From positions 128,001-192,000 of the forward strand of contig OY969585.1 of NCBI GenBank assembly GCA_963701295.1: DNA of 64,000 nucleotides, read 5' to 3'. The notes beneath the pieces are model-generated. The model did no database searches. It was not told the origin of the DNA and saw only the letters and a program-made list of their open reading frames with translations. Positions 10,506-20,359 of this stretch are shown here, piece by piece. The first letter of the stretch is position 1. Every line of letters starts with the position of its first letter. Origin of the DNA: Ignavibacteriota bacterium. GTDB taxonomy: Bacteria > Bacteroidota > Ignavibacteria > UBA10030. The position numbers were made by a program, and so were the translations under genes.

Positions 10506-11753
10506 ATGAATATTCTTGTCTTAAATTGCGGCAGTTCGTCTCTTAAATTTCAGATCATTCAAACCGATCTTGAAATGATTGAGAAAAATGCAGACAAACA
10601 GCTTGCCAAAGGTCTCATCGAACGAATCGGTAGCCAAGCGCTCGTTTCACTGCAAGCTGCCGGTAAAACAGCAGTAAAACATGCAGCTCCACTGCGCGAT
10701 CATCGCGCCGCGCTTGATCATGTTATCAAATGGATTATTTCGAAAGATGCCCAAATTCCCGATATTCAATCGCTCGCGGATATTCATGCGGTGGGCCATC
10801 GTGTAGTCCATGGCGCAGAGCAATTTACGAAGTCTACGATTATCACGGATGCGGTTATTCGCGGAATCGAAGACTGCATCGATCTTGCCCCGCTTCATAA
10901 TCCGGCAAACCTTAAAGGTATAAATGCAGCACGCGAGCTTCTTGGCGCTGGTATACCGGCAGTAGTTGTGTTTGACACTTCATTTCACTCAACTATGCCA
11001 GAGACATCATTCCTGTATGCTATTCCATACCAACTTTATCGGCGACACAAAATCCGGCGATATGGATTCCACGGCACATCACATCGGTACGTAGCATACC
11101 GTTATCGACAACTCACTGGGAAAATACGAGAAGAGACAAATGTTATAACAATACATCTTGGTAATGGATGTTCAGCATGCGCAATCAAGAATGGAGCTTC
11201 GTTTGACACGTCGATGGGGCTTTCGCCGTTAGAAGGATTGGTCATGGGAACACGAGGCGGCGATATCGATCCGGCAGTGCTTGAGTTTCTTTCACACAAA
11301 GAAGGCATGTCGATGAGCGAGATCGACACATTGCTCAACAAACAATCTGGGTTGCTCGGCATTTCAGGATTAACAAACGACATGCGCGACTTGCTGGAAG
11401 AGGCGAAAGACCATCAGGATCGGCGTGCCACACTTGCCATAAACATCTTTGCACAACGTGCAAAAAAATACATCGGATCATATTTAGCAGAAATGAACGG
11501 CGCCGACGCCCTTATCTTTACCGGCGGTATCGGAGAAAATGCAGCTACTATTCGACAACGCATATGCGCCAACCTCGAGTGGCTTGGGATTGAAATAGAC
11601 GAGAAGCTTAATAATGAAAAGGTTGGAGGGAAAGAGGGAGAAATCAACACACAGAAAAGCCGCGTGAAAGTGTTCGTCATCCCGACGAACGAAGAGCTGC
11701 TTATTGCACGTGATACGGTTCGTTGCATTGTCGATGTGCCGAAGAAGAGTTAA
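10506..11753 (+). CDS. ackA: acetate kinase
   Basis: LVLNCGSSSLK, GHRVVHG, APLHNP, YGFHGTSH, HLGNG, FTGGIGEN, PTNEEL. Confidence 0.97.
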   Translation: MNILVLNCGSSSLKFQIIQTDLEMIEKNADKQLAKGLIERIGSQALVSLQAAGKTAVKHAAPLRDHRAALDHVIKWIISKDAQIPDIQSLADIHAVGHRVVHGAEQFTKSTIITDAVIRGIEDCIDLAPLHNPANLKGINAARELLGAGIPAVVVFDTSFHSTMPETSFLYAIPYQLYRRHKIRRYGFHGTSHRYVAYRYRQLTGKIREETNVITIHLGNGCSACAIKNGASFDTSMGLSPLEGLVMGTRGGDIDPAVLEFLSHKEGMSMSEIDTLLNKQSGLLGISGLTNDMRDLLEEAKDHQDRRATLAINIFAQRAKKYIGSYLAEMNGADALIFTGGIGENAATIRQRICANLEWLGIEIDEKLNNEKVGGKEGEINTQKSRVKVFVIPTNEELLIARDTVRCIVDVPKKS

Positions 11754-11793
11754 CCACAAAGAAAGTATTTGCTTTTATTGTACAGAATCACAT

Positions 11794-11826
11794 AAAAGCG
11801 CGGGCAATGAAGTTCGCGCTTTTTGA
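11794..11826 (+). terminator. intrinsic terminator after ackA
   Basis: AAAAGCGCGGGC-aatgaa-GTTCGCGCTTTTT hairpin plus T tract. Confidence 0.8.
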
Positions 11827-11910
11827 TTTTCTAGGGTTCGTTTCTATCTGGTTTTATTGGTAAATATTTTGCATTCTAAAACAAGAATTCAAATCAGTTA
11901 TAGGTGTGCA

Positions 11911-14049
11911 ATGTCAGCAGTTTTTAAAATTAAAAATCCTTCACATCTTCATCTCTCCGTACGTCTCCGCGCACTCGCACGAAACCTCTGGTGGACATGG
12001 AATCCGGAATCCCATCATGTATTCAAAGAACTCTCACCTCTTGTATGGCGGTACTCAAACCATAATGCTGTAGCGGTGATGAATGAAATTTCCAACCAGG
12101 AATTGGAAGCCCGGCTGCGCGATCATGACTTCGCACGAAAAGTGCATGTTGTACTCGAAGAATTTGAATCTTATATGACAAAGCCATCGACATGGGCAAA
12201 ACGCCATGCGATAGCGTTGAAGAATCCAGTAGCATATTTCAGCGCTGAGTTTGGACTGCATGAATCGCTGCCGATTTATTCCGGCGGCCTTGGAATTCTT
12301 TCCGGTGACCACACAAAGTCTGCAAGCGACCTCGGTATCCCATTGGTCGGGATCGGATTGTTTTATCGTCAGGGCTATTTCCAGCAGAGATTAAATGCAG
12401 ATGGCTGGCAGGAAGAATCATATCCTTCAAACGATCCAGAACATCTTCCGCTTGAATTGGTTCTCCAGCCCGAAGGAGGGCGGCTGCTCAACTCTATAGA
12501 AATTGGACATAGTACAGTATATTTCCAAACGTGGACTGTACGCATCGGGCGAGTAACTCTCTATCTGCTCGATACGAATCTTCCGGAAAATGATCAACAT
12601 TTCCAAGGATTGACTTCTACAGTGTACGGCGGCAACATCGACACACGCATCGGACAGGAAATTATTCTTGGCATCGGCGGTGTGCGGCTTCTCCAGTCAC
12701 TTGGAATCACTCCATCTGTCTTTCATATGAACGAGGGGCACTCCGCATTTCTCGTGCTTGAGCTGCTGCAACGGGAATTAAAATTTAGAAAAACACGCGA
12801 AGAGGCAGAGCAGATAGTTCGCTCGAAGTGCGTTTTCACAACGCATACACCAGTACCGGCTGGACATGATCGATTCAATTCAGAATTGATGGCATACTCC
12901 TTCGGCAAATTCTGGAATTCTACAGGATTACCGCACGAAGATTTGATGTCCTATGGACGAGTGAATCCATCCGATACAAATGAACTATTCACGATGACTG
13001 TGCTTGCCATTAAGATGTCGCGTGCAGCAAATGGTGTGAGCGAGCTGCATGGACATGTGAGCAGGGAAATGTGGAAAGACCTCTTCCCCGGCAAGACAGT
13101 GGATGAAGTTCCCATTGGACACATCACCAACGGTATCCATACACCGGGATGGGCAACAACGCACGCGCATGATTTCTGGAACAAGCGGCTTGGTTCTGAT
13201 TGGACAGAGAAATTGATGGAACCAAAGTTCTGGAAAAAGTTTGCAGATGATGAACTTGCTACCGATGAGGAACTGTGGGCATTACGCTATAATTTGCGAC
13301 GGGACCTCGTGGAGTACGCTCGACGCCAGCAAGTAGAACGACAGTATGGTTATAGCATCGGTACATCATTTGCAACAAGCCACATCCTTTCTCCCGATGC
13401 ATTGACGATCGGTTTTGCGCGCCGGTTTGCAACATATAAACGCGCACCGCTGATATTCCGACATTTGGAGAAAATTATTCCGCTACTCAGTAACACGCAA
13501 CATCCCATTCAAATAATATTTTCCGGCAAAGCACATCCGCGTGACAATGAAGGCAAACGATTTATACAACAGATTATTGGGATCACACGACATCCTGAAC
13601 TTATCGGCAAAGTGATTTTCCTCGAAAATTACGATATCAATGTTGCGCGTCATCTTATCTCCGGTGTCGATGTTTGGTTGAATACTCCGCGCCGTCCGCT
13701 TGAAGCGAGCGGAACCAGCGGCATGAAAGTCACCATCCATGGAGGATTAAATCTAAGTATTATGGATGGTTGGTGGCGCGAGGGTTACAATAGCAAGAAT
13801 GGATGGAAAATCGGTGACGACCAAAACGATGCCGATCTTGAAACTCAAGATGAACGTGATTTTGAGAGACTGATTCATGTACTTTCAGAGTCAATCATTC
13901 CGGAGTTCTACAATCGGGATGAGCATGGTATTCCCCGGATATGGCTAAAACGCATCAGGAACGCTATGCAAACACTCCTTTCACAATTTAGTACAGATAG
14001 AATGGTAGGAGAATACGTACAAAAATACTATATAAACGAAGAAAGATAA
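11911..14049 (+). CDS. glgP: alpha-glucan (glycogen/maltodextrin) phosphorylase
   Basis: LARNLWWTWN, YSGGLGILSGD, NEGH, FTTHTPVPAGHD, ARRFATYKR, EASGTSGMK (PLP lysine). ATG 11911 preferred. Confidence 0.96.
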   Translation: MSAVFKIKNPSHLHLSVRLRALARNLWWTWNPESHHVFKELSPLVWRYSNHNAVAVMNEISNQELEARLRDHDFARKVHVVLEEFESYMTKPSTWAKRHAIALKNPVAYFSAEFGLHESLPIYSGGLGILSGDHTKSASDLGIPLVGIGLFYRQGYFQQRLNADGWQEESYPSNDPEHLPLELVLQPEGGRLLNSIEIGHSTVYFQTWTVRIGRVTLYLLDTNLPENDQHFQGLTSTVYGGNIDTRIGQEIILGIGGVRLLQSLGITPSVFHMNEGHSAFLVLELLQRELKFRKTREEAEQIVRSKCVFTTHTPVPAGHDRFNSELMAYSFGKFWNSTGLPHEDLMSYGRVNPSDTNELFTMTVLAIKMSRAANGVSELHGHVSREMWKDLFPGKTVDEVPIGHITNGIHTPGWATTHAHDFWNKRLGSDWTEKLMEPKFWKKFADDELATDEELWALRYNLRRDLVEYARRQQVERQYGYSIGTSFATSHILSPDALTIGFARRFATYKRAPLIFRHLEKIIPLLSNTQHPIQIIFSGKAHPRDNEGKRFIQQIIGITRHPELIGKVIFLENYDINVARHLISGVDVWLNTPRRPLEASGTSGMKVTIHGGLNLSIMDGWWREGYNSKNGWKIGDDQNDADLETQDERDFERLIHVLSESIIPEFYNRDEHGIPRIWLKRIRNAMQTLLSQFSTDRMVGEYVQKYYINEER

Positions 14050-14115
14050 CCGCAGCTTAAGAAAGAAGTCCTTTCCTTTGTAAAACGACTTCTGTGAACT
14101 TCATGAAACACTTTA

Positions 14116-14144
14116 TTGACATTCTACTCCTACCCCACTATCTT
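14116..14144 (+). promoter_or_regulatory. sigma70-type promoter for cyclase gene
   Basis: TTGACA, 17-nt spacer, TATCTT; GAGGAG RBS at 14181 before ATG 14196. Confidence 0.6.
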
Positions 14145-14195
14145 TAAAGTGGGATAGTGAATGTCTACCTGTATCTGAACGAGGAGCATGCTGTT

Positions 14196-17147
14196 ATGAC
14201 CAATCCATCAGAAATGCGCACACAGAAGATATCTGCAATCATGTTCACGGACATTGCCGGCTTTTCCAAGAAGCTTTCAGAAGACGAAGTGCGGGCATTT
14301 GAACTTCTCAAAACTCACGATGCGCTTATTCGTGTTCTCACCGCCAAGTTCGACGGCAAAGTAATCAAGTCCCTTGGCGATTCGTTTATGGTGGAGTTTC
14401 CGAGCGGCATCAACGCCGTAAAATGTGCTGTTGAAATCCAAAAACGATTCTGGAATTTTAATCGTGGTAAAACGGAATCTGATACAATCAGAGTTCGCGT
14501 AGGCATTCATCTCAGCGAAACCTCTATCCGTCATAGCGATATTCTTGGCACAGACTCAGCAATTGTCTCAAGAATACAGGCAATGACTGAACCTAACCGC
14601 ATTTGTATCTCTTTAGAAGTATACGAGAACATCAGGAGCGCACTCCCGCTGAATGTATTTAAAGTCGGGTCGATAGAACTTAAGGATATATCTCGTCATA
14701 TAGAAGTTTACGAAGTACTTATCGATTCCATTCCTGAACTTGCGCAGCCATCAGCTACCGCTCAACAGATATCATCATCACAACAGAGTACAGTTGCAAT
14801 AAAACACGAAGAAGAGGAATTTCTCGAAGCAAAAAGAATCGAAGAAACCAAATTGCGCATATTGGGTGATCAGGCAAAAATGGAGGAGGAGCGAAAAAAG
14901 AAGATTGCTGCTCACTATACACGAGCAGAGATTTTCTTTGAGGCAGGTGCTCTGGAGAAGGCTGAACATGAACTTGCAGAAATCGCGAAACTTGATCCGC
15001 AGCAGCGTCCGCCGACGGAACGAGAGCGCCAGGAAAAAGAGAGTGATCGTATCATTCAAGATCATCTCATAAAAGCGCGCGAGTTTTTCGTCGTGAAGGA
15101 ACTTGCTGCAGCTGAAGAAGAAGTAAACGAGATTTTTCGAATCTTACCGCTCCATGTGGGAGCTCAACAGCTCCTGATGCAAATTGAAGAGGAACGATAC
15201 AGGCAGGAAGAGAGAAAGCGGGCCAAGCAGACAGAGGAGACTACCATCAAGCAAGTTTCCGAAGAAGAACGAAAGATCGAAGCATTGATCGAACAGGGGG
15301 AAGCACTGCTTGAAGAGGAAAAATTCACGGAAGCCACATTTGTATTACATGATCTTTTTCTCATCGATCCAAACCATTCCGGCGGACGACGATTGGAGGA
15401 ACGTATTCGTCAAGCAGAACAGGCGAAAGCAGAATTCCAACGTATTCATGCAGAACAATCACACGAGGAACAGCGCTTTCAAGAGCTTGCCAAGCTTCAG
15501 AGAAAAGTAGAGGATCAAATACAGAGACAGACTGAAGCTCCTCGGGAAATCATTCGGAAACCAAGATCAAAAAAGCCACTTCAGATCACAGCGGTAGTCA
15601 TCCTCGTAGTCGCAGCATTCTTTATTCTTCCGAAAATTTTCGAATGGATATTTCCCAAACATGTATCGATTGCCATCTTAAGGTTCACCAGTTCGACAAG
15701 TGAAACGAATGACTTGGATTTATTGGATGTACTTCCCATTCTGTTAGCAGAAGATTTTGCGCAATGTGACCATATAACTGTCATTGCTCCATCATCTTCA
15801 CTTCTGTATATGTCCGATCCGATACATCTGCGAAAGATCGCATCAAACTTGCAGGTAGAATATCTCCTTGTTGGAACCATCCAGGAAAACGATGGACGAT
15901 ACAGCATCCAGCTCAGCCTTCTCGCCCCTGACGAAGAAAAGACCACGTATATTGGAACAGTGGAAGGATCGCTCTCAACGCTCAGTGAAATGCGTATTAC
16001 AATTCTGCAAAAGGTTCTCGATAAAACTGGAGTGCGATCCGATCTACCTGTTCTGTCGCAGCCTGCCAACACTGGGGCACTTGCAAAATACATAAAAGGC
16101 ATCCATTTGATGAGGCAAAAATCCGGCGTGGAAGTCGATTCTGCAAGAGTTTTACTACAGACCGCTCTTCAAATCGATCCTTCGTTGTGTATTGCATACG
16201 AATCGCTGGCAGATCTGCAAATCCGTACATTTCAGATGATGGACGATCCACAGTTTCTTCAATCCGCAACGGAATATGCACAGCGAGCCTTGCGATGTTC
16301 GCCCAACAACGCTCTTGCCCATCGAGTTCTTGCTACAAGTAATCGTCTCTCACAGAATTATTATTCGGCTTTATCTTCCATTAACCAGAGTATGGCATTA
16401 CTTCCGCAAAGTCCAGAATGCTACCGGGAACTCGCGCTCCTCTCTCTCATCGCCAGAAGATTTGACGAAGCTACTTCGTATGCATCCAGCGCATTGCTCT
16501 ATGATCCGAAAAATGTCGAATCGCATTTTACACTTGGACTTGTTCAACAGATGAAACAGGACTACTTTGGAGCAGAAAATTCATATCAGCAAGCACAACT
16601 GCCGGGGGATAATAATTTAATGCTCATGGCATACTATGTACAGAACGTGTGGATCGGCGAAGGGAACTATGATAAAGTGGTGCGCTATTGCACCCAAATG
16701 ATTCGCATATCGCCGGAGAATTATCGCTACTACTATTGGATCGGACGTGCCTATCAACTCTCGCTCCAAATCGGCACAGCACAGGAATGGCTGAAAAAGG
16801 GATTAACAATAACGGAACAAGTCATTGACGACGATCCTAATGATGCAATTGCTCACACATACGCCGGATTGATCTATTCACGCCTTGGAAAATTCCCTGA
16901 AGGTGAAGCAGCAATGAATAAGGCGATACTCCTCGACAGCAGTTCTGTCGAAGTTGTATTCCGCAACGCAGACCTTTATTCTATCCAGAGGGATAAACAA
17001 AAAGCTATCGCAGCGTTGCAAAAGGCTGTACAACGACAATACGATTTTGCTGAAATCTTGAATCCGGATTTATCTTTTATTGCGCTCGAACCTGAATTCC
17101 TTTCAGCCGTCACTCAGAAGATTGATGGCAAGTGGCCGGTGAAATAA
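14196..17147 (+). CDS. class III adenylate/guanylate cyclase domain + TPR/coiled-coil + TM + TolB_N/FlgO-like + TPR protein
   Basis: IMFTDIAGFS, KSLGDSFM, RVGIH; TM at ITAVVILVVAAFFIL; SIAILRF...EYLLVGTI; repeated A-L-x-x-D/S-P TPR ends. Confidence 0.88.
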   Translation: MTNPSEMRTQKISAIMFTDIAGFSKKLSEDEVRAFELLKTHDALIRVLTAKFDGKVIKSLGDSFMVEFPSGINAVKCAVEIQKRFWNFNRGKTESDTIRVRVGIHLSETSIRHSDILGTDSAIVSRIQAMTEPNRICISLEVYENIRSALPLNVFKVGSIELKDISRHIEVYEVLIDSIPELAQPSATAQQISSSQQSTVAIKHEEEEFLEAKRIEETKLRILGDQAKMEEERKKKIAAHYTRAEIFFEAGALEKAEHELAEIAKLDPQQRPPTERERQEKESDRIIQDHLIKAREFFVVKELAAAEEEVNEIFRILPLHVGAQQLLMQIEEERYRQEERKRAKQTEETTIKQVSEEERKIEALIEQGEALLEEEKFTEATFVLHDLFLIDPNHSGGRRLEERIRQAEQAKAEFQRIHAEQSHEEQRFQELAKLQRKVEDQIQRQTEAPREIIRKPRSKKPLQITAVVILVVAAFFILPKIFEWIFPKHVSIAILRFTSSTSETNDLDLLDVLPILLAEDFAQCDHITVIAPSSSLLYMSDPIHLRKIASNLQVEYLLVGTIQENDGRYSIQLSLLAPDEEKTTYIGTVEGSLSTLSEMRITILQKVLDKTGVRSDLPVLSQPANTGALAKYIKGIHLMRQKSGVEVDSARVLLQTALQIDPSLCIAYESLADLQIRTFQMMDDPQFLQSATEYAQRALRCSPNNALAHRVLATSNRLSQNYYSALSSINQSMALLPQSPECYRELALLSLIARRFDEATSYASSALLYDPKNVESHFTLGLVQQMKQDYFGAENSYQQAQLPGDNNLMLMAYYVQNVWIGEGNYDKVVRYCTQMIRISPENYRYYYWIGRAYQLSLQIGTAQEWLKKGLTITEQVIDDDPNDAIAHTYAGLIYSRLGKFPEGEAAMNKAILLDSSSVEVVFRNADLYSIQRDKQKAIAALQKAVQRQYDFAEILNPDLSFIALEPEFLSAVTQKIDGKWPVK

Positions 17148-17588
17148 TGGGAGAGTTGACCTCTTACCATTGGTTTTTGCATCAGGTAACGAGTGGCGAC
17201 AATCGTGATTTCTTAAATAAAGCAAGGATTTTCCACATCACTTCAACAATCTTCTACGATCAATAACAGTAGCCTATTATTCATTGTCAATAGTACCTAC
17301 AATCTCATGAAAAGTGATTTTCTTCTGTTCTTTTCACACATTCATTACTGTTCATCCAAAATACTTTTTCACCATCCGTAAAATAATGCGGTGATATAAT
17401 TTCAATTTGTCATTTCATACAATAAAAAATCGCTGAGAAATTTATTCCGCACATTTTAAGTAATGAACTCTTACAATTCTATACTGAATAGTTACTGTAA
17501 TTCTTCATTTGCCTCCTGCCCATTTTTTGCATAAGTTAGACTGTGCTCCATAATCATCAAATCCATAAGTTCTTTAGATAACGACATT

Positions 17589-18065
17589 ATGTCTCTCCGA
17601 CGAAGAGTTGTACGAGAACGGGTTTTACAGGCACTGTATGCATATGAACTGTCTCAAGAACCGATTGAGATGATCATTGAGAATATCGCCGGTGATTTGC
17701 AGAAGCAACCGGAATCATTCGCCTTCGCCAAACAGCTCATCCTGAAGGTCGTTGACTGTAACCAAGAATTAGACGATCTCATCCGTCAACGTGTGGAACA
17801 CTGGGAATTCAATCGCCTTGCCATTATCGATAAGATCGTTTTACGAATGAGTATTTGCGAGTTATTGCACTTTGAAGACATCCCTCCAAAAGTCACGATG
17901 AACGAAGCTATCGAAATTGCACGCGCTTACAGCACCGATAAAAGCGATAAATTCGTCAATGGTGTGCTTGACTCTATTCTTGAAGATCTGAAAAAGGATG
18001 GCCGAATTAGAAAATCGGGGCGTGGACTTGTTGATACTCATGTGACGAAGAAACTTAAGTTATAA
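17589..18065 (+). CDS. nusB: transcription antitermination factor NusB
   Basis: RRRVVRERVLQALY, WEFNRLAIID, NEAIEIAR, FVNGVLD. Confidence 0.97.
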   Translation: MSLRRRVVRERVLQALYAYELSQEPIEMIIENIAGDLQKQPESFAFAKQLILKVVDCNQELDDLIRQRVEHWEFNRLAIIDKIVLRMSICELLHFEDIPPKVTMNEAIEIARAYSTDKSDKFVNGVLDSILEDLKKDGRIRKSGRGLVDTHVTKKLKL

Positions 18066-18066
18066 T

Positions 18067-19347
18067 GTGAGCACCCACCTCTTTTCATCTTCTTCCCGTC
18101 TGGCGACTCGTGGACAAGTTTTTTCATGGGCGCTCTTTGATTTTGCGCATACTGCATTCTATGTCCTGATTTTAACGGTAGGATATCCCCTTTATTTCAA
18201 AGAGATTGTCGTCGGCAGCAGCGGCCAGGGAGATTTTCTCTGGGGCTCCGCATTCAGTATTTCTATGTGCATCGTGGCACTTTTCTCACCAGTCCTCGGA
18301 GCAGTGGCGGATTATGGGGCGGGGAAAAAAAGATTTCTGGGAATTTTTACCGCGCTGTGTGTCCTCGCAACGGCAAGCCTTTTTTTTGTGCACGCAGGAA
18401 TGATTTTTGCCGGAATGGCATTCCTGATTTTGTCGAATATAGGGTTTGAGGCCGGACTCGTCTTCTACGATGCATTTCTTTTGGAGATTACAACTGCACG
18501 AAGTTATGGCCGAGTGTCGGGGTACGGATTTGCCCTCGGTTATGTCGGATCACTTGCATCATTGGCGGTGGTATACCCACTCTATGCAGACGGATTCGGA
18601 CTCGACAATCTCTTCAATGTCCGGCTCAGCTTTCCTATCGCAGCAGCATTCTTTTTTGTATTCGGGCTTCCTCTTTTTCTGTTTCTGCCGGATAAACAAC
18701 GGACCGCCAGTCTCAAGCTGGATTTTATCTTGATTGGTTTTGCGCGACTACGAACCACGTATCAGCAATTTCCACGGTTTCGCAATGTAGCCCGATTTCT
18801 GGTTTCCTATTTCATTTATATCGATGGGGTCAATACCATCATCATTTTCTCTTCTATCTTCGCCATGGAAACTCTCAAGATGGGCGTCAGTGAAATTGTC
18901 GTATACTTTGCCATGGTTCAGACATCTGCCATATTTGGCGCTGTTCTCTTTGGGATTCTCTCCGATCACGCTGGCCATAAGAGAACGCTCAGCATGACAT
19001 TGCTTCTGTGGCTGAGTATCGTGATTATAGCATATTTCATTCAGGACAAATCGCTGTTCTATGGTGTCGGAGTTCTTGCGGGATTGGCACTCGGGTCATC
19101 TCAATCAACCAGCCGAGGCCTTATGTCGATCATTACGCCACAGGAAAAGAGAACTGAGTTCTTCGGATTTTACTCGTTCTTTGGAAAAGCTTCCGCGATC
19201 ATTGGACCATTTGTTTTCGGATTCGTTTCGTCCTACTTCAATCAACGCCTTGCAATTCTCTCTATCGGGCTGCTCCTTCTCACTGGCCTCATTATTTTGC
19301 AGCGGGTCGAAGAACGCCCACCGGAAAGTTCTCCATCGGCCACATAA
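18067..19347 (+). CDS. MFS transporter (UMF1/Atg22-like)
   Basis: WALFDFA, PVLGAVAD, FYDAFL, GRVSGYG, EFFGFYSFFGKASAIIGP; many TM segments. Confidence 0.9.
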   Translation: MSTHLFSSSSRLATRGQVFSWALFDFAHTAFYVLILTVGYPLYFKEIVVGSSGQGDFLWGSAFSISMCIVALFSPVLGAVADYGAGKKRFLGIFTALCVLATASLFFVHAGMIFAGMAFLILSNIGFEAGLVFYDAFLLEITTARSYGRVSGYGFALGYVGSLASLAVVYPLYADGFGLDNLFNVRLSFPIAAAFFFVFGLPLFLFLPDKQRTASLKLDFILIGFARLRTTYQQFPRFRNVARFLVSYFIYIDGVNTIIIFSSIFAMETLKMGVSEIVVYFAMVQTSAIFGAVLFGILSDHAGHKRTLSMTLLLWLSIVIIAYFIQDKSLFYGVGVLAGLALGSSQSTSRGLMSIITPQEKRTEFFGFYSFFGKASAIIGPFVFGFVSSYFNQRLAILSIGLLLLTGLIILQRVEERPPESSPSAT

Positions 19348-19375
19348 ACCTTCACCAATCAGAAAGGAACCTCAT

Positions 19376-20314
19376 ATGCGCATTCTCATTTTTACTGCTC
19401 TGATTACTTCCTTATTTGGGTGCAGCACAGAACAAAAGGAAACCACCACGAAAGGCCGGCTGCACATTTTCATTCCGGAGTCCATCGCTCCTGTTATGAT
19501 CGACGAGGTGAACGAATTTCTGAGTCTCTACAGACAAAGCGGCGCTCAAATCACATTCACCATTGCTTCATCTGAAACGGCAGCCCGTCGCTTTGTTCAA
19601 GATACCGGACGAATTGTTTTTCTCTCTCGTCCGCTCACGCTGCAAGAAAAAGAGTATACCAAAAAGATTTCCTCCGACTTCAATGAACTGGCTGTTGCAT
19701 ACGATGGAATCGTTGCGGTCGTTCATCCGATAAACAAAGCACAACAGATGACGACAACGGAAATTCAAAAACTTTTGACAGGAACTATCTCGCGATGGGA
19801 ACAACTCGCATTTGCTAAACCGATGAAAGGAACGATCAAAATCTATTACGAGGACTCATCGGACGTCTTAGAATACATTACGCAGCGATTGCTGAAGCAA
19901 GGTGAGACCTACGCAAAAATATCTGCGAAAATCACACGAACTTCTTCCGATCTTCAGACATTGCTGTCAGTAGAAAAAGATCCGATGTCTCTTGGTTTTG
20001 TGGCATTGAGTTGGATTGATTCAGCGCATTCGAAAGCAAAAATCCTCAACCTGGGCCGCACAAAAGAAGACACCGACACGACCTTTGCACCTCCGCCTGA
20101 GTCAGCCGGAAAATTCTTTTCTCCACACCCTGCGTACATTTTTCTTAACTATTATCCTCTCAAACGCACGATTTATATGTACACACGCACACACGTGGAT
20201 TTGGCAGCAGGATTCGGCACATACGTCGCTACAGCGGAAGGTCAAAAGATCTTTCTGAAACGAGGCCTTCTTCCCGGCACGCAGAAGATAAAGTTGAAAA
20301 CGAATCAACCATAA
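19376..20314 (+). CDS. PstS-like (PBP_like_2) substrate-binding lipoprotein
   Basis: AAAGGA RBS before ATG 19376; lipobox LFGC; SRPL, VAYDGIVAVVHP, YPLKRTIY, EGQKIF. Confidence 0.82.
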   Translation: MRILIFTALITSLFGCSTEQKETTTKGRLHIFIPESIAPVMIDEVNEFLSLYRQSGAQITFTIASSETAARRFVQDTGRIVFLSRPLTLQEKEYTKKISSDFNELAVAYDGIVAVVHPINKAQQMTTTEIQKLLTGTISRWEQLAFAKPMKGTIKIYYEDSSDVLEYITQRLLKQGETYAKISAKITRTSSDLQTLLSVEKDPMSLGFVALSWIDSAHSKAKILNLGRTKEDTDTTFAPPPESAGKFFSPHPAYIFLNYYPLKRTIYMYTRTHVDLAAGFGTYVATAEGQKIFLKRGLLPGTQKIKLKTNQP

Positions 20315-20359
20315 AATCGAATGTCAATATCTCAAACGTTTTAAACTCTTCAGGGATTA

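Noticed and set aside
17148-17588. Small RNA or gene in the 440-bp AT-rich gap before nusB
   Set aside because: No convincing ORF, stable structure or known RNA motif seen; cannot be excluded without a covariance search.
19061-19375. 105-aa N-terminal extension of the PstS-like protein
   Set aside because: It overlaps the MFS gene; ATG 19376 has an RBS and gives a proper lipoprotein signal.
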